Notes: generated by a model not told the origin, from the sequence alone. Counted from the first letter of the stretch, positions 15,112-22,887 are shown. The stretch is 37,491 nt of DNA from a virus (IMGVR_UViG_3300002037_000002:1-37491); one strand, 5' to 3'. A program made the numbers and translations.

Positions 15112-15332
15112 CACAAAATCTAAATCTCGACGGACTGGCGGCGCAGATCGCGGTTCACAAGCCTTCGGTGGTCGGTGCGGCCTTCAAGGTGTTTTTGTTT
15201 GGCGGCTCGGAGCTGGGCGACACGCAGGCGGCGCAAGCCTCAGGCTCGGCGCATTTGTTCCACAAGCATCAGCCGGAGATCATGAAACTTGTGCGCGAGA
15301 TGGAAGGTCGCGTCCCTGCCAAAGTAGGTTAG
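15108..15332 (+). CDS. Hypothetical protein
   Basis: ATGA overlap at 15108-15111; 74 aa. Confidence 0.5.
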   Translation: MTQNLNLDGLAAQIAVHKPSVVGAAFKVFLFGGSELGDTQAAQASGSAHLFHKHQPEIMKLVREMEGRVPAKVG

Positions 15333-15335
15333 GCC

Positions 15336-16130
15336 ATGCGGCAATTTGGCATTATCTCCAGCTCGCTACCGCGCTCAAGGCGTTGGCGCAGCATCGCCGG
15401 GCTGTGTGACGACGTGTCGTCTACGCGGCTCACAAAGAACGTCTATCAGCACCTCCAATACACCAAGCACGGCAACAGTGCTGGGGTGTTTGAGTATCCG
15501 CCGGAAATGGCGGCGCTTGAGCTACAGGAGCCGGTTGACGAGATCAAGCGAGCGTTTGAAATCCTCGATCAAGTGGGGCTGATACGATACGATCCCGAGG
15601 AGGAAATCATCCAGATCGTGAACTTCTTCAAGTACAACGCGCCGACCAGTCGCAAGCATCTCGCAGGGCCTCTCAGGATCATCCGCGAGGCGATCCCAAA
15701 CTCCCCCTCCAGGGACGCCGCAGCGGTCGAGCTGGTTCTCGCCATGTTTGAACGCGCGCAAACTTGGGGAAATGAAGTGGAGGCAAAAGGCGCATTTCTG
15801 CAAGAAGCCGCTAACCTCGTGAAATCATTAGATTTACAGGAAAAAATCGGCCTTCCAACCTTCAATATCACCATAGACCTATTGATAGCCCTATCGGAAG
15901 CCCTATTGATAGACCTACCGATACAAGGAAAAGGAAAAGGATACGGAGACAACAAGACCAAGGATACGGATACGGAGACAACACGGAGACAACAAGGACA
16001 CGGGCAAAAATCGCCAAAAAGCGCCAGCCACCCTCCCTCCCCGCCCGCTAAAAGCGGTCAGTCGGGTGGCAAAAAAAACGTCCCGGATGATATCAGGGCG
16101 ACAATCAAAAGCCTCGGAGGGCGCGCCTAA
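15336..16130 (+). CDS. Replisome-organizer / replication-initiator-like protein (winged-helix N-terminus, low-complexity linker)
   Basis: The N-terminal pattern RW..IA ... YQHLQYTKHGNSAGVFEYPPEMAALELQEPVDEIKRAFEILDQVGLIRYDPEEEIIQIVNFFKYN resembles phage replisome-organizer N-domains. Short tandem DNA repeats lie inside the gene, as in lambda O/ori. By-eye call. Confidence 0.5.
   Translation: MRQFGIISSSLPRSRRWRSIAGLCDDVSSTRLTKNVYQHLQYTKHGNSAGVFEYPPEMAALELQEPVDEIKRAFEILDQVGLIRYDPEEEIIQIVNFFKYNAPTSRKHLAGPLRIIREAIPNSPSRDAAAVELVLAMFERAQTWGNEVEAKGAFLQEAANLVKSLDLQEKIGLPTFNITIDLLIALSEALLIDLPIQGKGKGYGDNKTKDTDTETTRRQQGHGQKSPKSASHPPSPPAKSGQSGGKKNVPDDIRATIKSLGGRA
15873..15995. repeat. Iteron-like short tandem repeat block (candidate ori or pac element)
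   Basis: Four contiguous 12-mers CCTAYYGRWAGM start at 15878, 15890, 15902 and 15914. AAGGAA occurs 3 times at 15925-15942. GGATACGG occurs at 15939, 15962 and 15968. CGGAGACAACA occurs at 15944, 15973 and 15984. A5 tracts at 16006 and 16016 and an A8 tract at 16071 follow. Confidence 0.85.
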
Positions 16131-16598
16131 ATGCCAGCACACCGCAAGATTGATGATGTTGACGAGCTGATCTCAGCAGTCGAGGCGTATTTCGAAAGCA
16201 GGATGGCCAGCCGCATGGTTTTCACTGGAATGCACAACGGCGAAAAGGTGTACGAGCGCGAGGAGTACATGAAACCGCCAACCGTCGCAGGGCTGGCATT
16301 GGCGCTCGATGTGGATCGGCGCACGCTCCTGCGTTACCTGCGGGGGGAGGGGGAGAGAGACCCAGAACTGTCTCCCGTCCTCGCACGGGCGTGGATGCGC
16401 ATCGCCGAGTGGTGGGAGGAGGCACTTGCCGTCAGAGAGGCCTCAAACGGCGCGAGGTTCGCTCTGGAGGTCAATTTCGGCTATGGCAAGGATGACGCGC
16501 CCGGCGAGACCGGCGGAGACTTCACAATGAAGACAATCAGCCCGGCCACGGATGACACCGGGGTCAAGGCAATTCCGAAGTGGGAGCCAGAGGAATGA
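16131..16598 (+). CDS. terS: Terminase small subunit (gp3-type DNA-packaging protein)
   Basis: PPTVAGLALALDVDRRTLLRYL is an HTH followed by a helical region, typical of GP3_package-type TerS. Lies upstream of terL. Confidence 0.7.
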   Translation: MPAHRKIDDVDELISAVEAYFESRMASRMVFTGMHNGEKVYEREEYMKPPTVAGLALALDVDRRTLLRYLRGEGERDPELSPVLARAWMRIAEWWEEALAVREASNGARFALEVNFGYGKDDAPGETGGDFTMKTISPATDDTGVKAIPKWEPEE

Positions 16599-16825
16599 GC
16601 ACTTTTAACAAACAGCGCGAACACCCGCACAACGTCATGATTGTTAGCTGCGAGAAAATAATGGTGGGTGGAACAATTTACCTTGAAACCCCTTTACCGC
16701 GTGACCTCACCTCAAAAGAGATTGCGCACCTTAACGCGATAGCGAAGCTTTGTATGAAATGGATCGAGGAGGCCGCGACGGAGCTTGCCGCTGGAAAGCC
16801 GGACGCCGGAGGCGATGACGTATGA
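16595..16825 (+). CDS. Hypothetical protein
   Basis: ATG 16595 overlaps the terS stop (ATGA); 76 aa; start uncertain (ORF track gives GTG 16580). Confidence 0.5.
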   Translation: MSTFNKQREHPHNVMIVSCEKIMVGGTIYLETPLPRDLTSKEIAHLNAIAKLCMKWIEEAATELAAGKPDAGGDDV

Positions 16826-17073
16826 GCAAGGGCCATAGGGTTTGCAAGCACCACAAATGCACAAAGGTGCTGTACCCGACTGCGAAAGGTGATTACTGCA
16901 GGAAGCACGCCCGCGCTGCGCGCCATGGACCCGAGCCAGTGAGGCCGCGCATTGCGGACAGGCCAGAGCTTAAAACCGTCCGCGTTGCAATGGCGCAGAG
17001 CGACCACGGGACAGCGCGTTCGCCCGACCTGGGTGCGTACAGGGTGACAATGCCGCGCTTGCCTTGGGAATAG
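16822..17073 (+). CDS. Hypothetical small Cys/His-rich protein
   Basis: ATGA overlap at 16822-16825, with GGAGG 9 nt upstream. N-terminus VCKHHKCTKVLYPTAKGDYCRKH. Confidence 0.55.
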   Translation: MSKGHRVCKHHKCTKVLYPTAKGDYCRKHARAARHGPEPVRPRIADRPELKTVRVAMAQSDHGTARSPDLGAYRVTMPRLPWE

Positions 17074-17083
17074 GAGATAAGCC

Positions 17084-18715
17084 TTGGCGGAGATGACTTG
17101 GGATTACACGACGTCGCCCATTGCCTATGAGTACAAGCAGGACCGCGCGTTTGCTTCGTTCATCATTGGCCCGGTTGGATCGGGAAAGTCGGTGCCCAGC
17201 CTCCAGCGCCTCTCCGAGATCGGATCAGAGCAGGCCCCCAGCCCGGACGGCATCAAGCGCAGTCGTTTTGCCGTGGTGCGCAACACAATGCCCGAGCTGC
17301 GGGCGACAACCGCCGTGACCTATGGTCAAATCTACCCGGACAGCGTGTTCGGCGAGATTGTCTGGCGCTCCCCTGCTACACACATCATCAAGCCGCGTGG
17401 CTCGCACATGGAGGTGGAGGTCAACCTCATTGCCCTGGACAAGCCAAAGGACGTCAAAAAGCTCCTGTCGCTGGAGCTGACCGGCGCTTTCATCAACGAG
17501 GTGCGCGAGGTGCCCAGAGCCGTTGTGTCGCGCATGTCCGAGCGTGTGGGGCGTTACGGCCTCAATGATCGCCCCTCGACATGGTCCGGGCTATGGGCGG
17601 ACAGCAACCCTCCTGATGCGGATCACTGGCTCTACAAGTGGGACGAGATCGAGCGGCCCGAGGGCTATAACTTCCACCGGCAACCGCCGGGCGTTCTGGA
17701 GGTTCAGCAATTCGGATCAGGGGCCGATGTCATTGACGAGAACTTCCCCGAGTATCAGGGCTTGCGGATCACCTCTGCCGAGGTCATGGTCCACTATCGC
17801 GGGCGCACCCAAGTGGTTGACTGCCCTATTGAGATCATCCCGGCGGCGGGCCGGTTCTGGATCATCAATCCGTGGATGGAAAACCTCGTGGCGCTGTCCA
17901 AGGTGGACGTTGGGTCCAACCCGCTCGGCAAGCGGAGCTATTATGGCCGGGCGCTGGGCGGCAAGACGGTTGACGAGATCAGGAGCTACCTGCAGGGCGT
18001 CTACACGTTCGTGAGCGATGGCCGGGCGGTTATTCCGCAGTACAATCCTCAGGTGCATGGCGTGGATCATATCCCCGTGCTTGAGAACGAGCCGATCCTG
18101 GGCGGTATGGATATCGGCGGCGGCACCCTGCAACCCTCCTGCCTGTTGTTCCAGAAGCATCCCATGGGCATCTATCTCGCGCACCGGGAGGTGGTTTGCT
18201 ATGACATGGGCGTGAAGCGGTTTGGGGAGCTGATCAAGGAGGCCCTGGTCAAGCACTTCCCGAGCCATGTAGAGCGCAAGCTGATCGGCACGTTCTGGGG
18301 CGACCCGGCGGGTGAAAAGCGGGACGAGATATTCGAGCGCAAGAGCTTTGATTTCCTGCGGAATGAGTTTGGCATGAAGTGCGAGGCGGCACCCAGCCAA
18401 GACCCCAAGACACGGCAGGCGGCGCTCTCCGCGCCCTGTGAGCGCATGATCGACGGCAAGCCGGGGTTGCTGGTCAACAAGAAGGGTTGCCCGGTGTTCC
18501 ACAAGGGTTTGTCGGGTGCGTGGTATTTCAAGCGGCTGGCGGTGTCTGGAGAGGAGCGGTTTGCGGATGCGCCGGTCAAGAACGACGAAAGCCATATCTG
18601 CGACGGTGGCGGATATGGCTTTCTGGGCGCTGGGGAGTTTTACAATCTGGGTGGATCATCAAGTGACGATGACGTGCAATCTCAGGCGGACGGCGATTTC
18701 GATGTGTTCGCCTGA
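17084..18715 (+). CDS. terL: Terminase large subunit
   Basis: Walker A GPVGSGKS near the N-terminus; 543 aa; downstream acidic nuclease-like half; lies after terS. GGAG sits 7 nt upstream of TTG 17084 (an in-frame ATG is at 17093). Confidence 0.8.
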   Translation: MAEMTWDYTTSPIAYEYKQDRAFASFIIGPVGSGKSVPSLQRLSEIGSEQAPSPDGIKRSRFAVVRNTMPELRATTAVTYGQIYPDSVFGEIVWRSPATHIIKPRGSHMEVEVNLIALDKPKDVKKLLSLELTGAFINEVREVPRAVVSRMSERVGRYGLNDRPSTWSGLWADSNPPDADHWLYKWDEIERPEGYNFHRQPPGVLEVQQFGSGADVIDENFPEYQGLRITSAEVMVHYRGRTQVVDCPIEIIPAAGRFWIINPWMENLVALSKVDVGSNPLGKRSYYGRALGGKTVDEIRSYLQGVYTFVSDGRAVIPQYNPQVHGVDHIPVLENEPILGGMDIGGGTLQPSCLLFQKHPMGIYLAHREVVCYDMGVKRFGELIKEALVKHFPSHVERKLIGTFWGDPAGEKRDEIFERKSFDFLRNEFGMKCEAAPSQDPKTRQAALSAPCERMIDGKPGLLVNKKGCPVFHKGLSGAWYFKRLAVSGEERFADAPVKNDESHICDGGGYGFLGAGEFYNLGGSSSDDDVQSQADGDFDVFA

Positions 18716-19083
18716 CCCTCAATCACGTTCACCTCAACCTGCACAATCTTGGCATTCGGCACAAAGTGGTGGAGGAATTCGTCCATGCGCTTGTGCTTTA
18801 CCTCGTCACCCATGTGCAGCATGAGGCCGCGCACCAAAAGGCAACCGCCCAGAGCGGCGCTCCGGTCTGGCGACACTGTGCGCAGATCGAGCAGGCCGTC
18901 CACGACCACAGCATAGCCCGTACCGTGTGTGGCAAGATCATCTTTTACCTGCAGCACGCCGCATACGCTTGATGGCGCGGCGACGTATGAGACGTTCTTC
19001 GGCGAGGATTTCGTCCTCGATAATGCGTTCTTTGCGCTCTCGTCTTTCCGCCAAAACATTAAGTCTTTGATTTTCTTCATCAT
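18682..19083 (-). CDS. Hypothetical protein on the opposite strand to the late operon (133-aa reading)
   Basis: ATG 19083 with GGAAGGA 9 nt upstream. The 3' two-thirds show a G-rich first codon position and a GC-rich third position. The 3' end overlaps terL by 34 nt. The N-terminal third overlaps an alternative ORF (18938..19141). Confidence 0.45.
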   Translation of the reverse strand: MMKKIKDLMFWRKDESAKNALSRTKSSPKNVSYVAAPSSVCGVLQVKDDLATHGTGYAVVVDGLLDLRTVSPDRSAALGGCLLVRGLMLHMGDEVKHKRMDEFLHHFVPNAKIVQVEVNVIEGQANTSKSPSA

Positions 19084-19141
19084 TTACGTATTCCTTCCAT
19101 TTTGCGTACACCCCAACTGGGTGGACATTTTCACTTGCCAT
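18938..19141 (-). CDS. Alternative or additional small highly charged helical protein (67 aa)
   Basis: ATG 19141 with AAGGGG 8 nt upstream. Sequence ...AERRERKERIIEDEILAEERLIRRRAIKRMRR. Overlaps the 133-aa ORF by 146 nt in another frame, so only one may be real in that stretch. Confidence 0.4.
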   Translation of the reverse strand: MASENVHPVGVYAKWKEYVNDEENQRLNVLAERRERKERIIEDEILAEERLIRRRAIKRMRRAAGKR

Positions 19142-19217
19142 GGCTCAAACCCCTTGTTATTGGTAAATTCATACACCCCGCGCGGGTGTACAACAACCGA
19201 AACGTAAGGACCACACC

Positions 19218-19322
19218 ATGAAAACTCTCGCATTCTGGATCGCACTTGTCGTGCTTGCGGCCCTTGCAACACCACACGCGGCGGCTGTGTATGTCGAGCG
19301 CCCGGACGCGTGGTTCGAATAG
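19218..19322 (+). CDS. Micro-ORF encoding a 34-aa signal-peptide/TM-like peptide (MKTLAFWIALVVLAALATPHAAAVYVERPDAWFE)
   Basis: Not in the ORF track. AAGGA 7 nt upstream of ATG 19218. The stop abuts the GTG start of the next ORF. Confidence 0.35.
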   Translation: MKTLAFWIALVVLAALATPHAAAVYVERPDAWFE

Positions 19323-19604
19323 GTGAGCGATAACCTATTCATTTGCGAAAGTTGCGGCTCCATTCTGCCGGACGATTGCCCGAGGTGCCCGGATCGTGGG
19401 AACGGCAAGGGTTACACGGTTCGGCAGATCAAGGACGCGATCAAAAGATGCAGGACGCACGGCGATGTTTCGGATTGCAGGAAGCACTTTGCCCGGCATA
19501 TTGTGTCGCTCAAGAGAAAACGCGGGGACGCCGCCGTCATGGCGATCCAGATTGAAAACTTGGTGCAGTATCAGTGCAACGGAATTAACGCGGGGGCAGT
19601 GTGA
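19323..19604 (+). CDS. Zinc-ribbon protein (CESC ... CPRC)
   Basis: 93-aa ORF with a GTG start directly after the micro-ORF stop. Confidence 0.5.
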   Translation: MSDNLFICESCGSILPDDCPRCPDRGNGKGYTVRQIKDAIKRCRTHGDVSDCRKHFARHIVSLKRKRGDAAVMAIQIENLVQYQCNGINAGAV

Positions 19605-20080
19605 TGGAGATCATAGACCTCTCAATCGAAACTTTGATGGCCGCGTGCCGGGGCAACGTCGAGGCTCTGCCGTCCTTCATGGTTCACGACAACGACAAAT
19701 GGCAAACCGGCAGAATTCAGCTCGACAACAAGAACAGAATTCACATGCGCCGCGCTACGTTCTCGCAAGTCGTGATCGGCGAGCTGCCGCTTCGAGCTGG
19801 CCTCTGGCACTCAATGGATGTGCAGGAATTCCACATTGACCTCCAGCCGCATCACTTGCAGGGTGAGGATAATATGGGCGCACCGGACGATCACACGCAC
19901 AGCCGTAAGATCACTTTGACCGACAGCTCCGGGCGCAACCCTATGGACGAGGACTATGGCGAAGCTCCATTGCAACATAACAGGCCAACGGTCGCTGACC
20001 TCCATGCTGCAAGAGCTGAGACCGACGGACAGGGCAGAGGCGTCCGCAGCTCCACACTTAGCGCAGATCGCAGCGAATGA
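19604..20080 (+). CDS. Hypothetical protein
   Basis: ATG 19604 overlaps the previous stop by 1 nt, with a G-run 6 nt upstream. The C-terminal 25-40 codons overlap the next ORF. Confidence 0.5.
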   Translation: MEIIDLSIETLMAACRGNVEALPSFMVHDNDKWQTGRIQLDNKNRIHMRRATFSQVVIGELPLRAGLWHSMDVQEFHIDLQPHHLQGEDNMGAPDDHTHSRKITLTDSSGRNPMDEDYGEAPLQHNRPTVADLHAARAETDGQGRGVRSSTLSADRSE

Positions 20081-20414
20081 AGCCGCTTGGCAATGGTGCC
20101 TGGAGAACGATGCCGGGGAATTCATAGCAAGCGCCGCAATCATTCCAGACGGCCCGCGCCGGGGATGGGTTGCGGCATACGCTGGCAAGAGGATTGCAAC
20201 CGGCCTTGAGCTGCGCCCCCTGATCCGTCGCCTCAACATTTTCAGAAACCTTGGCGTGTATGACGAGCTACGGTGTTGGGTTGATGCAGAGGACGCGCGT
20301 GCGGAAAGCTTTGCCTTGGCGATGGGTTTCCTTTATGACTGCGGCCCAGCGACGGGCATTTCCCCAGCCGGGCGCGATATGTGTTTATTTCTCTGGAGAC
20401 GAAAACATGTCTAG
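19956..20414 (+). CDS. GNAT-like acetyltransferase (start uncertain: 19956 or 20004)
   Basis: LRPTDRAE...HLAQI at the N-terminus and LRCWVDAEDARAESFALAMGFLYD near the C-terminus resemble the GNAT beta1 and alpha4 regions. By-eye call only. Confidence 0.45.
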   Translation: MAKLHCNITGQRSLTSMLQELRPTDRAEASAAPHLAQIAANEAAWQWCLENDAGEFIASAAIIPDGPRRGWVAAYAGKRIATGLELRPLIRRLNIFRNLGVYDELRCWVDAEDARAESFALAMGFLYDCGPATGISPAGRDMCLFLWRRKHV

Positions 20415-20616
20415 TTTTTTCGGCGGCAAGCAACGCAAACGCGCAGAGCGTCAGGCCGCCGCAGCCGAGGCCGAGGCCCGACGTCAACGCCAAACCTCAA
20501 ACGAGGAGGCCAACCGCGAGCAACAGCGCGCTGAGCGCGGCACAGGTGGCCGGTCAGGCCGCAATCGCCTGCTAGGCAACCTCGGCAACAACCTCAAGCA
20601 AGTGTTGGGCGGCTGA
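20407..20616 (+). CDS. Small basic Gly/Arg-rich protein preceding portal (possible virion protein)
   Basis: Internal ATG 20407 with GGAGA 8 nt upstream. Overlaps the previous stop (ATGTCTAG). MSSFFGGKQRKRAERQ... Confidence 0.55.
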   Translation: MSSFFGGKQRKRAERQAAAAEAEARRQRQTSNEEANREQQRAERGTGGRSGRNRLLGNLGNNLKQVLGG

Positions 20617-20617
20617 T

Positions 20618-22246
20618 TTGGCGCGGTGGAACACAGAAAAGGCGCGACGCGCCATTGCCAAGGCGAAGTCAGACAAGGAAGCGTCTGACAGCGTGTACCG
20701 CGAGGCCATGGAGCTGACGTTTCCAGATCGCGAAAACTTCACGCGCAGGTCAGAGGGGCAGGAAAACAACGCTCTGAATTGGGACAGTCAGCCAACCGTG
20801 TCCGTGATCCGCGCTGCAAACCGCCTATCCTCCGACTTCACCCCGCAATTTCAGGACTGGTTTGAGATCGGCTTGGGGCCGGGCGCAAAGGCCATGCCCG
20901 ACGAGGCATTCAAGGAGGCCGTTGGTCAAACGAAAGAGGAGGCCAAGGCCGAGCTGGAGGCCGTCACGACGGTTTGTCAGGCGATTTTCAACGGGCCGGG
21001 CTTTCCGACTTCATCCAATGAGATGTATATCGACTGGCACTACGGCCAGGGCGGCATGTCGATCATGCCAAACGAGGACGCAATCGGGGAGCCTGTCATC
21101 TTCGCGTCCATGCCGTTTTCGCATTTCTACGCATACGAGGGGCCGAATAACCGCCTGGACCGCTGGTTTGCGTGGCTTGAGCGCCGTGCGGATGTGGTGA
21201 TCTCTGAGTGGCCCGACGCTAAGATACCGGAGGAGCTGCAGGAGCTGGCTGACAAGCCCTCCCCGCCCAAAGTCAAACTGACTGCCGTGGTGTATCGCGA
21301 TTACGATGAAAAAGGCCCTAACGCCAAGCCGTATCGTTATGAGGTGTTTTGGGGCAAAGGCAAAGACCTGCACCGGATTGTCCAGCGTCAAAGCCGGACG
21401 CCGCCGTTTGTAACGCCGCGTTATTCGAAGCTTCCCGGCGAAAACCGTGGGCGTGGCCCCATGCTCTTTGCATTGCCGGACATTCGGACAGCAAACAAGA
21501 TTGTTGAGCTGACCCTGCGCGCGGCGGCTGTGGCTGTGGCAGGCGTTTACACAGCAACCGAGAACGGGACTAAAGGCCCGGTTTCGATCAAGCCCTATTC
21601 AATCATTCAGGTTCGCAAGAACGGCGGCCCGGATGGCCCATCGCTGCAGCGCCTCGACAGCCCGCAGCGAATTGATTATGGTGAGTTACTTCTGGAGACC
21701 TTGCACGACAACATCAAAAAAGTGATTGGCGATAATTCCCTGCCGCCTGAGGCCGGGCCGATCCGGTCGGCAACGGAGTTTGTGCAGCGCGCGAGAGAGT
21801 TGATCGCGGATCAGGCCGGGGGCCTTGGCCGTCTCTATGCTGAGTTCATCATCCCTGCCGTGCAGCGCGTGGTTGATATTCTGGAAGGCAAGCAAATCCT
21901 GCGCAGTCAGGGCCTCAAGATCGACCAGTTCTTGATTGAGGTGCGCATGAAGTCGGCTCTTGCCAAAGGCGAGGCGATGGGCGAGGTGGAAAACCTTGTC
22001 CGGTTCATGGAAATCCTTATGACAATCGGCGGCGAAAAGCTCCTGGCCTATGAGGTCAACATGGAGGAGGCACCCAAGCGGATCGGAGACCTGATGGACG
22101 TTCCTGCCGACGTGCGGAATGACGAGGACCAGAAGGCGAAAATCAAGAAGGCGTTTGCCCAGATTGGCGCGGCTGAAATGGGCGGTGATCCTGAGGCCGC
22201 AGGTCAAGCCGTAGAGCAAGAGGAGGCCGCCGATGCAGGGGCTTGA
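20618..22246 (+). CDS. Portal (head-tail connector) protein
   Basis: 542 aa. Position upstream of scaffold and capsid. The N-terminal region SVYREAMELTFPDRENF resembles T7-type connectors as I recall them. The TTG start at 20618 is uncertain. Confidence 0.8.
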   Translation: MARWNTEKARRAIAKAKSDKEASDSVYREAMELTFPDRENFTRRSEGQENNALNWDSQPTVSVIRAANRLSSDFTPQFQDWFEIGLGPGAKAMPDEAFKEAVGQTKEEAKAELEAVTTVCQAIFNGPGFPTSSNEMYIDWHYGQGGMSIMPNEDAIGEPVIFASMPFSHFYAYEGPNNRLDRWFAWLERRADVVISEWPDAKIPEELQELADKPSPPKVKLTAVVYRDYDEKGPNAKPYRYEVFWGKGKDLHRIVQRQSRTPPFVTPRYSKLPGENRGRGPMLFALPDIRTANKIVELTLRAAAVAVAGVYTATENGTKGPVSIKPYSIIQVRKNGGPDGPSLQRLDSPQRIDYGELLLETLHDNIKKVIGDNSLPPEAGPIRSATEFVQRARELIADQAGGLGRLYAEFIIPAVQRVVDILEGKQILRSQGLKIDQFLIEVRMKSALAKGEAMGEVENLVRFMEILMTIGGEKLLAYEVNMEEAPKRIGDLMDVPADVRNDEDQKAKIKKAFAQIGAAEMGGDPEAAGQAVEQEEAADAGA

Positions 22247-22535
22247 CGAAATGCAAATGGGCGCTGACATGGAGAGCTGGGATAAGATGCTCAACGGTCA
22301 GCGCGAAGTGCAGCAGGTTGAGCCGTCCCTCGATCCAGCGGTCTATGCGGCGTGCTTCAACACGGAAGCTGGGCAAATGGTTCTGGCCGACCTCTATTCG
22401 CGGTATGTCAACGTCACGATAGTTGAACCCGGTCAGCCCCCAGAGACACACGGCATTCGACAAGGTCAGGCGAATGTGGTGTTTGATATCGTTGACCTGA
22501 TCAATCGCATGGATGATGGAGACGAGAATGTCTAA
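22233..22535 (+). CDS. Hypothetical protein (Bbp19-like by recollection)
   Basis: AGGAGG 6 nt upstream of ATG 22233; 100 aa. The motif FNTEAGQMVLADL resembles the small conserved protein that follows portal genes in several podoviruses. Confidence 0.55.
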   Translation: MQGLDEMQMGADMESWDKMLNGQREVQQVEPSLDPAVYAACFNTEAGQMVLADLYSRYVNVTIVEPGQPPETHGIRQGQANVVFDIVDLINRMDDGDENV

Positions 22536-22848
22536 AACCACCAAGGCCAAAGAGCCAAAAATCAAGGCCGAGGCAAAGCCGGAAACCGGCACCCTCGCAC
22601 GCCGCCGCGTCAATCGCGGATCGACACGCCGCATTCGCAATGCGCTCACTGCCTTTGATACAGCTTGCGCTGCGTTCATCAAAGAGATGGACCTGCAGTT
22701 TTATGAGGCGGACGACGAGGGCAACCGCACGGGCGAATGGGAATTTGTGAAGCACCTCAAGAAAATGCGTGAGGGCGTCACGCAAGAGGTGAACGCACAA
22801 ATCCACCCGGCGCAACCTGAGGCAGAGACTTCCGCCGCCGACGAGTAA
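22528..22848 (+). CDS. Hypothetical basic protein
   Basis: Internal ATG 22528 with GGAGA 6 nt upstream; overlaps the previous stop (ATGTCTAA). Confidence 0.5.
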   Translation: MSKTTKAKEPKIKAEAKPETGTLARRRVNRGSTRRIRNALTAFDTACAAFIKEMDLQFYEADDEGNRTGEWEFVKHLKKMREGVTQEVNAQIHPAQPEAETSAADE

Positions 22849-22887
22849 CCCAAAAGACCACACCCCAGCACAGAAGGATTAGAGCAG

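Noticed and set aside
15878-15995. Tandem repeats as a possible CRISPR array or minisatellite
   Set aside because: The units are 6-16 nt with no spacers of CRISPR size, and the block lies inside an ORF. An iteron or pac-type element is more plausible.
17717-18595. 292-aa minus-strand ORF inside terL
   Set aside because: It is antisense to the terminase large subunit. Its composition is Leu/Arg/Ala/Pro-rich and it has no RBS.
20407-22535. Identical ATGTCTA(A/G) stop-start overlaps at 20407 and 22528 as a shared signal
   Set aside because: It is only 7-8 nt, occurs twice, and is explained by Met-Ser starts overlapping N-V-stop or H-V-stop codons. This is probably coincidence.
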